Of a stretch of DNA of 37,411 nucleotides, positions 22,157-35,757 are shown one piece after another. Source of the stretch: Amoeboaphelidium protococcarum X5 (lineage: Eukaryota > Fungi > Aphelidiomycota); the NCBI GenBank assembly GCA_023515725.1, contig JALDTO010000135.1:1-37411 (forward strand), in the 5' to 3' direction. The notes under the pieces are model-generated. The model was not told the DNA's origin. It saw nothing but the letters and a program-made list of their open reading frames with translations, and did not search any database. The stretch's first letter is position 1. Each line of letters starts with the position of its first letter. Both the position numbers and the translations under genes were made by a program.

Positions 22157-24913
22157 TCATGATTCAAAAAGCTATTTAGTAATAGCTTATGGGGACCTGT
22201 TTAATTACACTGTTCCTGAGTTCCAGATTAAAGAGCGCGTCATCATTCCTAACATGACAATCGATAAAGAGTACACGTCACTGGCCGTCCATGAAACTTA
22301 ACTTGAAGGCAAGAGATTTCTATAACAGAGAATACTTTCCGGTGATGCATAAGACATTGATAATCCACGCAGAGAGCTTACTTTAAATGCTTTCACCTAG
22401 GGACCTTCAGGATTCAACATCTAGGAGATGCCAAAATCTGCGAGCGCTGGCCATAGCAAGCCATCGGCACCTACTTAGAGGAGAATATTTGCAGGCTTGA
22501 TGTCGCAGTGGGCAACCTATATAGCATGCAATTTATAAAGTGCAACAGCAGTGTACTTTAGTAACTGCAAGGCTTAACGCTTTGTGTACAAATACTTGAT
22601 GCTTTCCACATTTTTGCCGTAAATGTAATCTTATAACGATCCGAATGGATAATACGTCAATACCATTGAGTAAGGATCATCGGAGAAAGCAATTAATTGA
22701 GCAAACAGAGGATCACCGTGAAATTTGAATAGCAGACTAACTTCTTAGTAGAATGCCGCCATGTTGTATTTCTAGTTACTCTCTACCATTTCTTCGTTGA
22801 TAATTTTACAAACTGCCAGCGACTGCTTCTAGTTGCGAGCTTGGACCTGGTTTGTTAACAACTGACACAAATATATTTCACCGGCTCCACCAGCCGCCAG
22901 TTTCTGCATATTACGATAGTCGACACCGAACTGAGCTTATAGATGAGCTGGAATAGAAATTTCCATGGATGTGTTAATCATGGTGGCACCATATGTGGAG
23001 GCCATGCCAATAGAGTCATTCACAGACGCATTTTAATATGATGAGACCTCTTAAACGGTAGAGGTTACCAATGTGGATTTTAATTTAGTTTGGATTTTAC
23101 GCATCTTACTGCGCAAACGACGGATCCACAGGAAAGCACACACTGCCATGACTATGAACGCGATAGAAACACCGACAATTATAGGGATCAATACCGCCGT
23201 ATCAAGTAGCGCAATACCTTGGCTGTTAGAGCCATTATTAATCAAAGACGTCTAACCCAAATTTTCAGATTAAGTAGATACAGAGGAAGCGATCTAACCA
23301 TCGATTGCAAACGTTATCCACGACGCCGAAGCCTACTGGCCAGATTGTAATAGAATTATCGGCTAACTACTAGCATGACCGAACAATTGCGAAGAGCTAT
23401 AATCATTGCTAGATGTGCCTCCGCTGCTAATAGACGACTACGTCGAGGATGATGCAATTGCAAAAGTAGTAGGAGAGCTAGCGAAACCCATGGTTGTAGT
23501 CGCACTTTAGGAAGTCGTCCAATCGACTAATGGAGTACTATCGAAGATTAAACTGCTACTCATCAGGGAGGACACTTAAGTCGTCTAACCATATGAGCTT
23601 GATTCAACTGCAGATCCGACGCTTGACTATTCAGGCAACAATGTAGAGGACACAACAGGAGACAATACGGACGTGACTACCACAGGCAAAAGTGCATCAA
23701 AAGACGGCAATGTGGTATTGTCCAGAATCAAAGAGCAGCTTGTGTTACAGGACACGAACAAAAGCTCACGTTAAAGCCCAATAGCAACTCGTTTCAAGCC
23801 AATCGCTAAAGTGGTGGAGTATACAGTCTAATTTCTGCCAGATAGTGTGCTGAATGAGTAATAATTTAATGCCGATAAATACCACTCACCAACAGAGACC
23901 CACAAATCATTCTTTTAATCATAAACACCACCATAGACAATCTCCACCTACGAGTTTGAGCCATATAACACATTATACGCAGTGTCCATGACTCCACTGG
24001 AGGAGTAGCGACCAATGTAGATCTGAGTATCAAAGAAGGTATCCAACCCATTCACGTTTCCCTGAACCTTACCGGACACATAGAGCATATTGTCTTTAGC
24101 CAGAAGCGCATGATACTCGCTGAAAGTATTATTCAAACCATTCGACCATAATAAAGCACCATCACTGTATCGCACAGCCTAGACAAACGCAGTCTAAGAC
24201 AAGTTCACTGTCTGCTGATAGCCCGCGAAAGCTATACCGACACCAGAAAAGTCAATCCCTACGGAAGCCTTATCATTTTAGGTTCCTCCGGCCAAAATAG
24301 CCCATTTAAAAGTGCCATTACCAGCTAAATATGTCATGCAGAAAGCATCAACCTAACCTTTATTGACATTCGCACCCATAGCGCCGTAGGTGATGCCAGT
24401 AACACCAACTAGCGCGTCGGAATTCGCCAAGAAGATAGAGGATGGAGAGTCATACCACACAGATTAAAATACACGATACCAGGCCACAGTGAGATTTTGA
24501 TTATACTTTAAAAGAAATACATCTTCATTGAAGACGCCAGTGATGTAGATATTGCGATTTGAATCAAGAGCCATATCCAGCACCTAGGACACACCATTGC
24601 CGAGATTGAACTTTTAACTAGGAAGCGTTGAGCCATTGCGATACATGGGCACAATGACAGAAGAGTTGGTGGACACCTCTTCGCAAAGGATGAGGTAAGG
24701 AATGCTTTCAGTAAAGCCCAGTGCACGTTGGCAAGATGAATACCCAAGTGGAAACTAAGTAGATAACTATGCCATTAGTGGGAAGATGTACAGATACAAT
24801 ATATAATAGAGTATACGCAGGCAATGTACTACAAAGGTCAAAGAAGCGCAATGGAGATTAGATGACGACAGTTGAACCACAGCGGCCCCGCAATTTAGGT
24901 AGTAGCCTGAATC
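22157..24913 (-). CDS. Receptor-like protein kinase: beta-propeller-like ectodomain, Ser/Thr-rich stalk, single TM helix, kinase domain
   Basis: About 2.75-kb frame under table 6: DMALDSNRNIYITG-type repeats, S/T-rich region, TM IPIIVGVSIAFIVMAVCAFLWIRR, LAAGGAGEIY, AVCK, HCDIKPANILL, LADFG, YASPE, SDVYS. The 5' end is unresolved (probable intron acceptor near 24913) and the kinase C-lobe looks short. Confidence 0.85.
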
Positions 24914-25929
24914 TAAAAATAAATAGTCAACATTATCCAATCGCACATCACCCGTTCATTAAACTTTACTTAAGCGTATATCATGATACATATCTAAGCT
25001 CTATCACTCCAAAGCTGTTGTAGAGGTATGAAATGACGCATCAATAATGAAAGAAACGGCGTTGGGTATATCATGCACAGGCATTAAGCAGACCATATTT
25101 TAGTGGCATCGTCTCAGCATATTAAAGAAGATAATTAGATGATTGTGCCAGTAAAACAGCTCTTGTGCTCACCAAAGACGCGCCTCTTTCTCAATAATTT
25201 TCATTATAAGCGGTCAATATATCATGTCAAAAGATAAATGTGCAGCAAATATAATCCGAAATGTTCATGTCGAAATGCGCTTCTTACTTGCAGTATAAAC
25301 AGAATGCTTTAACAGTACTCGCACGATCCCACGTTGGAGGGAATCTTGCCTACCGAGAGCTAGCATGGGACTCGTAAGATAAAGCAACAATTTAACAAAA
25401 TGCTCTTTAAGGATTGAGACCATCATTAAGCAGTGAATTTGAAACTGATCGCCTCTGTCAGTAGTTTACGTAGGCGGCCCAATCGTCGTGGAATCAAGTC
25501 CCTGAAGATCGACTCTCTGCATAGGCACTGGAACAATTTCTACGCTGGCTCATTGTAAATCGGTAATGATGATTCTAAGTCGGTATTTGTAATGATTGCA
25601 TGTTTAGCAAGATTTGACATGTAAACGTAAAGCATGACTGATAAACATTGTGACTAAATTTGGAGATTCTTATACTACAGTGTTGCAATAATTTCATTTA
25701 GACTGTGGGTCCTTTAAGGGAAGATTTTCGGAACATGCAGATGAGAAAATTAACATATAGCTTTTGCAAGCACTTCATAGAATGATTTTTAATATTACTC
25801 TGAGAGATGTTGTATAAACATAAATTTCGGACAAAATATCGATTCTATAACATTACCATCATCATTTATCATTCGTTACCAGCAACACAAAAAAGTGTGT
25901 TTATTAGTCTTTGCATTTTATCTCTGGTT

Positions 25930-26960
25930 CATCGCGAATCTGGGAGTCTCGCACTGATGTTTTCTACGATTCCTCAGGCAAAACATCCTCAGTATTCAGA
26001 ATTGAGGACTTTTAATGCAATAAATCAGCTTTTTTACTGACTTGACAAAGTCAGTCTTGAAAGATTTGACCCCGTTATGTCTTGGATTGTTCAGCTCGTC
26101 GCGAGAGTTGAACGACTTTCTAATGCAGGAACATGGTGCTCTTGTTGGTCATCACACGGTTGTTCTCTGCAATTGCGTTACCAATGTCCCAAACGTGTTG
26201 TAGTAGTAAAACGAGGAGAACAGCACAAAGGAGCACGGTTCCATGGAAGTACGCTCTTGTCATAGTAATAGCTCCGGAAAAAACGACACAAGTGATTATA
26301 AATTGCACCAACTGGTCAGTGATCAATATTGAACCCAGTTTCGCCGATAGGGCTTTCCACAAAATAACTCCAGTAACCTTCTCGCTCAATCAGCTTGCGA
26401 CCAACATAATATATTATGAACGAGCTATTTGTAACTACAAAGGTTGAATACAAGGATAGCCCTTATCATAAAACACTTTGATTTTGTGGACATCCGCATT
26501 CTGATGTTCTCCCATGTCCTCTGCTGAGCCAGATTCAAAGAAGCAACAATTTGTTATAGCCTCACGCTGAGGGAGCGTTCGCTTCAGAAAGAACTACTAC
26601 ATGTCCAGGTGCTCTATAATCAAGCCAACAAGTACACCAAATATTGCAAAAGTCAGCGTGATATTGAAGGCAGCCAACATAATGCGCGGTCTCTTGTCCA
26701 GCACCAAAATGTTCGATCTTGCCGAGATCAGCACGTACGCGATAAATTTTGCCACAATGTGCAGGGACAGTATGGTGTGCACAATCTCAATACGGGCAGA
26801 ATTGACAGCGGGATTGGATGGGCCCTCGTTGATCACAAGTCCTAGGAGTATAATGATAGTAACGATCACCTCAAAGCCCAACCATCCGGCAAATAATGGT
26901 TCTTAATTCTATTATGCATATTGTCCAGGCAACAGTTGCACTCCAGCGGTAACGTTACTT
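25930..26960 (-). pseudogene. Multi-pass membrane protein (possibly 7TM/GPCR-like), probably degenerate
   Basis: In-frame hydrophobic ORFs 26597-26881 and 26120-26389 with several TM-like segments, but an in-frame TGA at 26390-26392. Confidence 0.4.
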
Positions 26961-27981
26961 ATATCTTGACGACTTATTATAGTACTGTGTTAGTAATAAG
27001 TTACAATCTAAGTATAAGATGATTAGTAACAATGATCCCGTTTGTTTCCCAAACATGTTGCGGGCCAATCCTCACAACAACTTGTTGCCATGAAAACGTT
27101 TATTGCGCATAACTGTATACGAAATATCATCTTACAAAGTTTACTAAAAAAAATACGGTATTCAAATTAATATGAAATGTCTATAAACTCCCCTCATCGA
27201 TTCAGGAACTTTGTTTAAATTGCGCTTCCATTTAATAGTCGTTTTGCGATACACGAATATTTTAAACGGTTTCTATCGCAACAAACTTTATGTGATGGCT
27301 GCGACTTGTAGCTTCAAGAGAGATCTACGGGACGGCAAAGGAGTTGGCTATGTAAGCCAGGACCTCAGGTTTGCCATAATACATGGCGGACATCCACAGT
27401 ACTTATTTCCGGCGTAGATGAAACTAATCCCAGAAGTCTAAATTGCACTCTCAAAAACTATGCGTGGCGTTCTTAATACTTGGGTATCTTGTCGCTTAGA
27501 GGCACGACTTGTAAAATACATCACTGAATAATAGCTCGAAAACTTCACCTGAAACCAGGATGGGAATAGTATTTAAAGATCGATCGTTCTTTCTCAACAA
27601 CATATGTTGAAACTAGATAATTATTTCGTCTCTTTGACGATAACATTTAAGTTGCGGATGTATGTTAGAACATAAGATGTGTCGAGAGGCTAATAACCAA
27701 GGAGTTAAAAGATGGAGTGATGATAAATTGAGTCAATCGCGTTCAAATTGCGTGCAAGACTTCACATTTGCATTACGTTGATTCTTATCCATACTGAAAT
27801 ATTATTAACGCCTGTTCGAATTACAGTCTTTTCTTTTAATCATGACGTATTGGAATCAGGTAATCTATTAGAATTCAAGAATACTGATTCAAAAGTATTA
27901 AAGACATATCTTACACGTCGGAAGTCGTGATCGATTACTACTTTGAAATGTGATACGTAGTTTCGTGTTCAGCAGTCCATA

Positions 27982-29133
27982 TCATATCAGCCGAAGCTTA
28001 TGATTGATTGAGGAACACCAGCATTTCGAATCGTCCAATGTGTTTCCTAAGATCCTTTCTCTCTCTGTATAACTGTAGAGTTTAAAACATGAGCGTCTCC
28101 AGATAAGAAGTTGGAAAACTGATGTCTCAACTTTGCGATTTATAAAATGACATGAAAAAGACACGTCAGTAATCAGAGAAGACCAACTTAGATCCAAAAT
28201 ACAAAGCAATCGCAAATTCTAACAAATGATTTTTACGCATTCATCATCAATGTATCTTCCCTTAGACAACACCAGTTCCAAGATCATTGGGGCATTGGAA
28301 CTTATTGCCTGAATGTCATTTACGTTAAGGTATGTGGCATCACTTAATCTCAGAGATGTAAGATTCTTCAATTGCATGTTATCAAAGCTGAATTTCTTTA
28401 TCTTTGATAATGTCAAGCTTTCCACTTTAATCATTGACTAGAATATATATCCAAGGAATTTCTAATCATATCTAGTGGCAAAATTGCATCCTTTGACCGT
28501 GATTTTCAACACATTAGGACACAAAAGGTCAAGTAGTCGAATATGACTATAGTTCACAGGACAGGAAGTGAAACTAACTTCTTTCAAACTGTTACCAGCA
28601 AGTTGGAGTGTTGAAATATAGTTGAGTAGATTGAATTTACTCTTCTTATTAAAATTGAGCTTTTCCACCTTGCAGCTCTATACAGCCAGATGCTTCTTCC
28701 AATCTTTGCAGACTCTTCGACATTAAATTAACTCTGAACTATTTAAATATTAAAATACTTGTTTCAGTATATGTTCATTCAGATTAGTGATATTAATCTT
28801 TTCTGTTTAACGACTATACACATATCGACTAGAAAAGATTCCACTTAGAGCGGCAGATGTGGCGATAGATAGCAATTTATCATTTCTAAAGACAGATACA
28901 GAGGAATCCAGGAGCATTCGTAACCTTGACTAAACTTCAACTGGTAATAACTTTATCATGTCTTCACTAAATAACAAAACTTGAGACACGGCCGTCGCCT
29001 TTAAACGTATCGAGTTTAATAAATCGACTGCAACAACATTCCCGACCACATCACCAGATTGGCATTATTTGAAACTGAATTGCCCCTCAGAATTACAAAG
29101 CACAAGTTGACCAGATATAATATAGAAAAATAC
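27982..29133 (-). pseudogene. cNMP-binding (partial) / F-box / LRR protein, 5'-truncated at a palindromic element
   Basis: FFYIISGQLVL...SGDVVG...IRLKATA (cNMP-like); NLNEHILKQVF(Q)YLNSSELI(Q)CRRVCKDWK (F-box); LRR-like LTSLRLS, LDLSWSSLITD. An ATG at 28959 could still give an F-box/LRR product. The 3' end is uncertain. Confidence 0.7.
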
Positions 29134-29134
29134 T

Positions 29135-29251
29135 CTATTCATATAATATACCTACTTAAATGTAGGTACCTACCTACATTGTAACTATATAGTTAAAATT
29201 GAAAAAATTAGGTAGGTACCTACATTGTAAATAGGTATATTATATGAATAG
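29135..29251. mobile_element. Second full copy of the MITE-like palindromic element
   Basis: CTATTCATATAATATACCTAC...GTAGGTACCTACATTGTAAATAGGTATATTATATGAATAG, near-identical to 15888-16009. Confidence 0.85.
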
Positions 29252-29322
29252 TGACGATTTATTTACGATTCAACAACCTAATGATGAATCCCAAAAATTT
29301 ACTACGCTTTTATCAAATCAAC

Positions 29323-30984
29323 TCATAAACCTTTGATTGCAGAGTCGACCACCTTCATGGCGGCCAACGTTTTCTCATCTTCACGGTAACCTCCAATAAT
29401 TTGCACACCCACTGGCAGTCCATGCATGCTGGCGGCATCATAATAACGATAAGCAATTTTTTCAACTAAATCAAACTTGGAAGTGTCAGTTAAATTTAAC
29501 TTGTCCAATTCTTTATCAACTGTTGTCACAGGTAAAGCGCCAACTGAAAAGTTAACCAGGTTAAACATTGCCGTATGCCAGCCAGCCAAAGACGTATCAG
29601 AAAAGGATTCATGAGGCAGCGCCGGGAATGGAAAACCTGGACCAACAGCAAAATCAATCTCCAAAGATTTCCAATAAGCGAAAAATTTCTTTCTGTACAT
29701 TAACAGTTCGTGATGCAACTAGTACAACTGCTGCACAGTCACTTCGCCCATTGAGGTGATCAATTCCGCGGCGCGTTGTTCACCGGCCAGCTTCAAGAAA
29801 AAAGCTATGGTACTCTTTAAAAAGTACGGCAACTTAAAGCTATAAATTATTAACTTGATTCCATTTTCAATAGAGTCAGAGCCCAGCGATTTAAAGTAAC
29901 ATTTCGAACCGTCGGCAGCTGCCCAGCGGTAGAACTTTTTACAAATCTCAAAAGAATCGGGAATTTCAATTGGCACAAGTTCATGACCCAAATCTTTCAA
30001 AGCATCAATTACAATGGTTGTCGCGCGGACACAAGCAGGAGATACGGTCAACACGCCATTTTAAGTATAGTAACCTATTCTCAATTTTTTGTCACCAAAA
30101 TCAACTTTTGTGTATGGCTTATTGTAAAAAACAGTAAGTGGATCTCTAGCATACAGCCCATCTTTGCCATTCAAAGCTTCCATAAACAACTCTAAATCCT
30201 CAACAGAACGTGCCATTGGCCCCATCGTCGGTAAAATCTCATGTGCGCCATCAATGCCCGTATGAGTATTACCAGATAAAGGTAGACGTCCATACGACGG
30301 TTTTAAAGTATAAATCCCACAAAACAGAGCTGGGATTCTCAAAGAACCGGCAATATCACCGCCTACACCAAGGCAACTACCACCAGCACCAATTAAAGCA
30401 CCTTCTCCAGAGCTACTTCCACCCGAGACGTATGCATGATTGAATGGATTTAAAGTTCTTCCAAATACAGGATTAGAGCTCTCAAAAGTCATCATAAATT
30501 GGCATACATTGGTCTTCACAAAAGGAATCCCACCTTGCTCCTCCAAAATCTATATTATCACTGAATCTTCATCAAATGGTTTAAGAGCAAATCCTGAGTA
30601 TCCAGATGTAGCATCGTAACCAGCCACGTCAACGTGATCTTTAACGGATATAGGCACGCCATGTAACTTGCCACGCGCTATACCAGTGACAGCAAATTTG
30701 GCATCCAGTTGCTCAGCTTTCTTGATCGCTCTATCAAACATAATCTCAGTCAGACAGTTGAGCTTCAAATGCACCTTCAACGCCTTATGGCAATATACTT
30801 TCACCACCTGCACGGAGGTCCATTCTTTATCTATAACAATTTTCTTGGTTATTTCTGCGCATTAGGCGCGTAAGATTTCTTCATATTGAGGTAAATCTGC
30901 AATAGACTCCAGATCCATATCATTTACCCATTTATCGAGCACTTCTTTCAGCTAAGCTTATTTCGCTTATAATTTGGACTTCAT
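29323..30984 (-). CDS. Amidase signature family enzyme (acetamidase/FAAH-like), 553 aa
   Basis: Four consecutive track ORFs are one frame separated only by TAA/TAG. Motifs LHGVPISVKD, GGSSSGEGAL, GGDIAGSLRIP, GPMARSVED, GLPVGVQI; ends at TGA. Confidence 0.95.
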
Positions 30985-31084
30985 GTTACGAATGCAATTT
31001 TTTTTGTATGAAGAAAGAATGATCCAACCTTAGGTAAACAGCTCGCACAACGCCTAACAATACCTTGATTAGAAGTGATTCGCA

Positions 31085-31488
31085 TTACTTTAACGCGTGC
31101 TTTTTCTCAGGTTTCTATGAACTCGGACGGGTTAAATAAGTAGTTTTCTACGCGATCTGGCAGGGCAGGTTTCTATAACCTTAACGCGTGATTTTTGTTC
31201 AGGTTTTTCTGAACCTATTTGACCACGCTTCCGCGTGGATTGGTGACAGGGCTAGTAGTTTGAAGGACATAATGAGTCATCGCATCGTTCACATAGGGTT
31301 AGCAAACTGACAAGAACATGCACAACTCTGCACTCACAACACACATGTGGCTTTGCACTCATAGTAATATATAGGGGTAATATAGATCAAGGGGGTACAT
31401 AAATACCTACCTACCTACATTGTAACTATATAGTTAAAATTGAAAAAACTAGGTAGGTACCTACATTGTAAATAGGTATATTATATGA
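31085..31488 (-). mobile_element. Long form of the palindromic-end element, with internal ACGCG...CAGGTTT..T.AAC repeats
   Basis: About 31195-31488 is the reverse complement of 37065-37411 (with indels). Three related motifs at about 31092, 31150 and 31183. Confidence 0.75.
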
Positions 31489-31872
31489 TGCCATTTCTAA
31501 TCTACTTGCGCAAGGCACTAGCTGTCTGATACTCAAAAGCTGCTTCCTCATCAGTATCAATGCCATTTAATTTCTGATATTTTAACCTGGCCATAGTGAT
31601 AAGTCACGGTAGCAAGAATACGATTAATGTATTTGATAATTTTTTGTTTGAGAAAAGCTCTCTCCCCGGGAAATGAGATGATGATTGGCCGGAAATCACG
31701 TCAATCAGCCAATGATTCTGGGAAAGAGCGGCACAGAAATTCTCTGGAAGTCCAAATAAATCAAGGATAGTGAGTGCACGAAACTAAAACTAAACAGGTT
31801 TAATATTTTCTATTGTTCGCATAATACAATCATTACATATTAATTTTATATATGCATTACATTAAATTAAAA

Positions 31873-32775
31873 TCATTATTTACGCCGTACGACACAAACT
31901 AGACCATCCCAACTAGAAGTAATGATGCCTTCGCACTCGATAGGCAAGGGCGTGGATTTCCAGGTAAAGCTAAAATGATGCACGCTGCCAGAACTTTTCA
32001 CAAAGTTGATTTCACTCTTTACTCTTTCAAGTGCATCTACGTCGTGTAACTGATCTTCTTCACTTTGTGCAATGAAGTCATAAAGGCTTCTCCCGATGAG
32101 CTCCCGGTCTGTACAGTTCAATACCTCTTGTGCTCCCATTGTAGCAAATTGAATGGTAGCTTTAATGGTATATCTATTAAGAACTAGACAGACTCGAGGT
32201 TCTTTAGGAGTCTTTGAGCCTTATTCCCAAGTCAAGGTGTCGGATAGCATTTACAGAATTACGTTTTTCCTAGTTAGCCAATTCTCGACTTCAAGCGCAC
32301 CTGTAGGGCCGATTTTGACACGATCTTCTGCCGACTGCCTGAAAGATATGCTGTCCTTACTAAACTCGTGATTAGCCGAAACTACCACTAAACAATCATA
32401 GCAGACATTTATCAGGAAATCCATCTTCTTATATACCTGTGTACCATTCCGCTCTTTACATAGGAATCTTACCGTCATTATTCTCGCTATCACAGATTAT
32501 GAATAACTGAAGACGTGGTTGCGTCTTACGGCATCTAGTTCATCAGGATGCAGAAACGCATAGGAGCTTTTGCCAACCATTTCTTCCGGCGTCCGACCGA
32601 CTATATCAATGCATGATGGACTTACCCAGAGGTATGTAGCATTCGGAGTCAAATCAGTAAAGAAGAAGTAGTTGCGGAAAATCTAAGAATCACTAGGGTG
32701 GAAGCCATTGCCAATCGATTAATAATGTGCAGCACCAGGCGAGGTGGCCTTCTTTTTTCGCTTATTATTCGGCAT
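31873..32775 (-). CDS. Dual PAS-domain protein, copy A (300 aa)
   Basis: WVSPSCIDIVGRTPEEMVGKSSYAFLHPDE (PAS_3-like); EPRVCLVLNRYT...FAT...LIGRSLYDFI (second PAS). Continuous under table 6; ends RRK-TAA-TGA. Confidence 0.85.
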
Positions 32776-34389
32776 AATGCTAATAAAATTATATTCGATA
32801 CTAAATTAATGTGGATGTTCTTTTTGATTGATAAATAGAGATAACCGATTTAGGGACTAGAATGTGATGGATGAGTTGCAATTGTTGTCAGAAGCTCGGA
32901 GAAAGGGAGAGAGAAAATATTGGACTTTTGTATGGCGCAGCAAAACTGTCAAACTCTTAGCCGATCAAACAACACCTCAAGCGCATGATTCGACGGAAGT
33001 ATTTCAGCCTCTGAAAAATTTGATGAGCTTTGAAAGAGTGTGAATGTATTGGTTATGAGGCATTACATAAATGTGTAATATATGGATGTGGGGTGCGGTA
33101 CTCAATGGATTGTTTAATGTGATGACTCAATTTACGCAAACAGAAACTTTCGGTTCTTTTGCTAGTCTATTTTCATCATTATGTGAGCAATTGACTAATA
33201 ACGACATTACGTCATTGCATAAGTATGCCGAAGTAGTAAACATGTTCATTCAAAGTATATATATATAAGTTTAAAACATAGGATTATGCGGACACGCCAA
33301 TTATAACTCTAACACAACGTATGTAAACAGTGGGCCAATCATCCATCGAACACGCCCTGTTTCCAGAGGTTCGAAACAAAACGTTTTGGCCTGAAGACGT
33401 GACGTAAAAAAAAATTTCATTCATAGAGAATCTTTTACACTTACACCGGACATTTGGAGAATTCTGGCCACCTTTGTGGCCGTTTCTATTATGCAAGGAA
33501 AGAACGCATTTCCACTTAACTATACAAAGGTAACAGCAATACGTTTTAATGATTTTGGCAATTCAATAGAATTTTTATGTGTTCTTATGGCAAGGAACGT
33601 CGGATAACAGCGTACAGAGTACTACAGATTGCTATTGCTGACGCTGTTCTAGTAACGACTTAAACGAAGCATTTCAGTAAGAGCAGGGAGTTTTCCAGAT
33701 TTCAGTTGTTAGTCTCTCAAAGCTAGTAATTCCAATCGTTCGTGTTCAACATACCTTTATAAGAGAGGTAAACCCGTTGCTGACGTGTTCTGGCTTGTAT
33801 AATAATCTGCGCAAAGTACTATACAATGTCAGAACGCGCACACCAACAGATACCGAGATATGTACTTTTGGATGAAAGAACTTGAAGATAACCGGCAAAC
33901 TACGTAATTGAATGATGAAGACACGGAAGCAAATATAGATATTTAATAGTATAATAAGCGCTATTGCTAATTATGACATTTTGAAAATATTTGTTGGAAC
34001 GAACGATAAACGTATCGTCGTTCTACAATCATTGTCGGCCCGTCGTCATTTCCTGCATTAACATTTATTACGGTCACAGAGGTGGACAAATTCTTTGTAT
34101 GATAGCCCCATTTATAAGCGATATACTTATCGATTACGCTAGATTTGACTAAAACATTTCACATGATTGTATTTCGCTATAAACTACTAAGTTTCAAAGT
34201 GAAACAGTGCGAGCGGAACCGGATGATAGTACTGTAAAAAGTGATCGATGTACAGTTTTGTCACGCACATCAATATATAATGCCCGTCACTTTCGCCCCG
34301 TGGTAAATTACCGAACTTGGACGATGTTATTAAAACGTAACGAAGAAAAACTTGACAATTTGCAAACACGTTACAGTTGGGAATTATAT

Positions 34390-35289
34390 TCATTATTTTC
34401 GTCGTACTACACAAATTAGGCCATCCCAAGTAGAAGTAATGATGCCTTCGCACTCGATAGGCAGATGAGTCGATTTCCAGGTAAAGCTAAAATGGTGAAC
34501 GCTGCCAGAACTTTTTACAAAGTTGATCTCACCTTTCAATCTTTCAAGTACATCCACATCGTGTATTTAGTCCTCTTCGCTTTGTATAATGAAATCATAG
34601 AGACTTTTCCCAATAAGCTCACGATCTGTACAGTTCAATACCTCCCATGCTCCCGCGGTAGCAAATTGAATGGTAGCTTTAATAGTATATCGATTAAGAA
34701 CTAGACAGACTCGAGGTTCTTTAAGAGTCTATGAGCTTTATTCCCATGTTAATGTGTCCGATAGCATTTACATAGTCACGTGTTTTCTAGTAAGCCAATT
34801 CTCAGCTTCTAATGCACCGGTAGGGCCAATCTTAACGCGATCCTCGGCCGACTACCTGAAAGATATGCTATCCCTACTAAACTCATGATTAGCCGAAACT
34901 ATCACAAAACAATCATAGCAGTCGTTAATCAAGAAATCCATCTTCTTAAATACCTGCGTACCATCCCGTTCTTTACACAAAAATCTGACCGTCAGTATTC
35001 TAGCTATCACAGATTCTGCAAAACTGAAAACGTGGTTGCGTCTTACGGCCTCTAGTTCATCCGGATGCAGAAAAGCATAGCAACTTTTGCCAACCATTTC
35101 CTCCGGCGTTCGACCGACTAAATCAAGAGATGATGGACTTGCCCAGAGTATTGTAGCCTGCGGAGTCATATCAGTAAAGTAGAAGTAGTTGCGAAATATT
35201 TACGATTCTAAAGCATGGAAGCCATTACCATTTGATTAATGTGCGACACCAGGTGATTCGGCCTTCTTTTTCCTTTTATTATTTGGCAT
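34390..35289 (-). CDS. Dual PAS-domain protein, copy B (299 aa)
   Basis: Paralogue of 31873-32775 with many synonymous differences. Continuous under table 6; ends RRK-TAA-TGA. Confidence 0.85.
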
Positions 35290-35757
35290 AATGCTAATAA
35301 AAATATATTAGATACCAATTTAATGTGAAGCACTCTTCTTATTTGATGAGTAGCAGCAACTGATAAAATACCAGAATGTGATGGATGAATCGCTATTGTT
35401 GTCGGAAGCAAGGGCAAGAGTGAGAGAAAATTTTAGACTTTGTGTGGCGCAGCAAAAACGCCAAACTATGCTCAGCAGTCCCCTTCAGCCGATCAAACAA
35501 ACACCACAAGCACATGATTCAGCGGAAGTTTCATTTCTCAGAAAGTTGGTGAGCTTTGAAAGAGTGTGAATGTGAGGGTTTTATGGTCATTAAAACGCGT
35601 GTAGTATATGGTAAGTGCGGTGTGGTCTTTTAATGGACTGTATAATATGATGACTTAATCAATTTAACAGAAACTTTCGCTCTATTCCAAGTTTATTTTC
35701 ATATTAATAATGTGACCAATCACTACGACTACATCATCACGTGAGTATGCCGAAGCC

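Larger units (their letters stand above)
31860..35755. repeat. Diverged tandem duplication (about 31860-33235 vs 34380-35755; offset about 2.5 kb)
   Basis: PAS coding regions and about 450 bp of upstream DNA are clearly homologous. Confidence 0.85.

Noticed and set aside
14184-30984. Calling the subtilisin, amidase, kinases and others pseudogenes because of internal stops
   Set aside because: The stops are only TAA/TAG, there are no frameshifts, catalytic motifs are intact and paralogues have CAA/CAG at the same sites.
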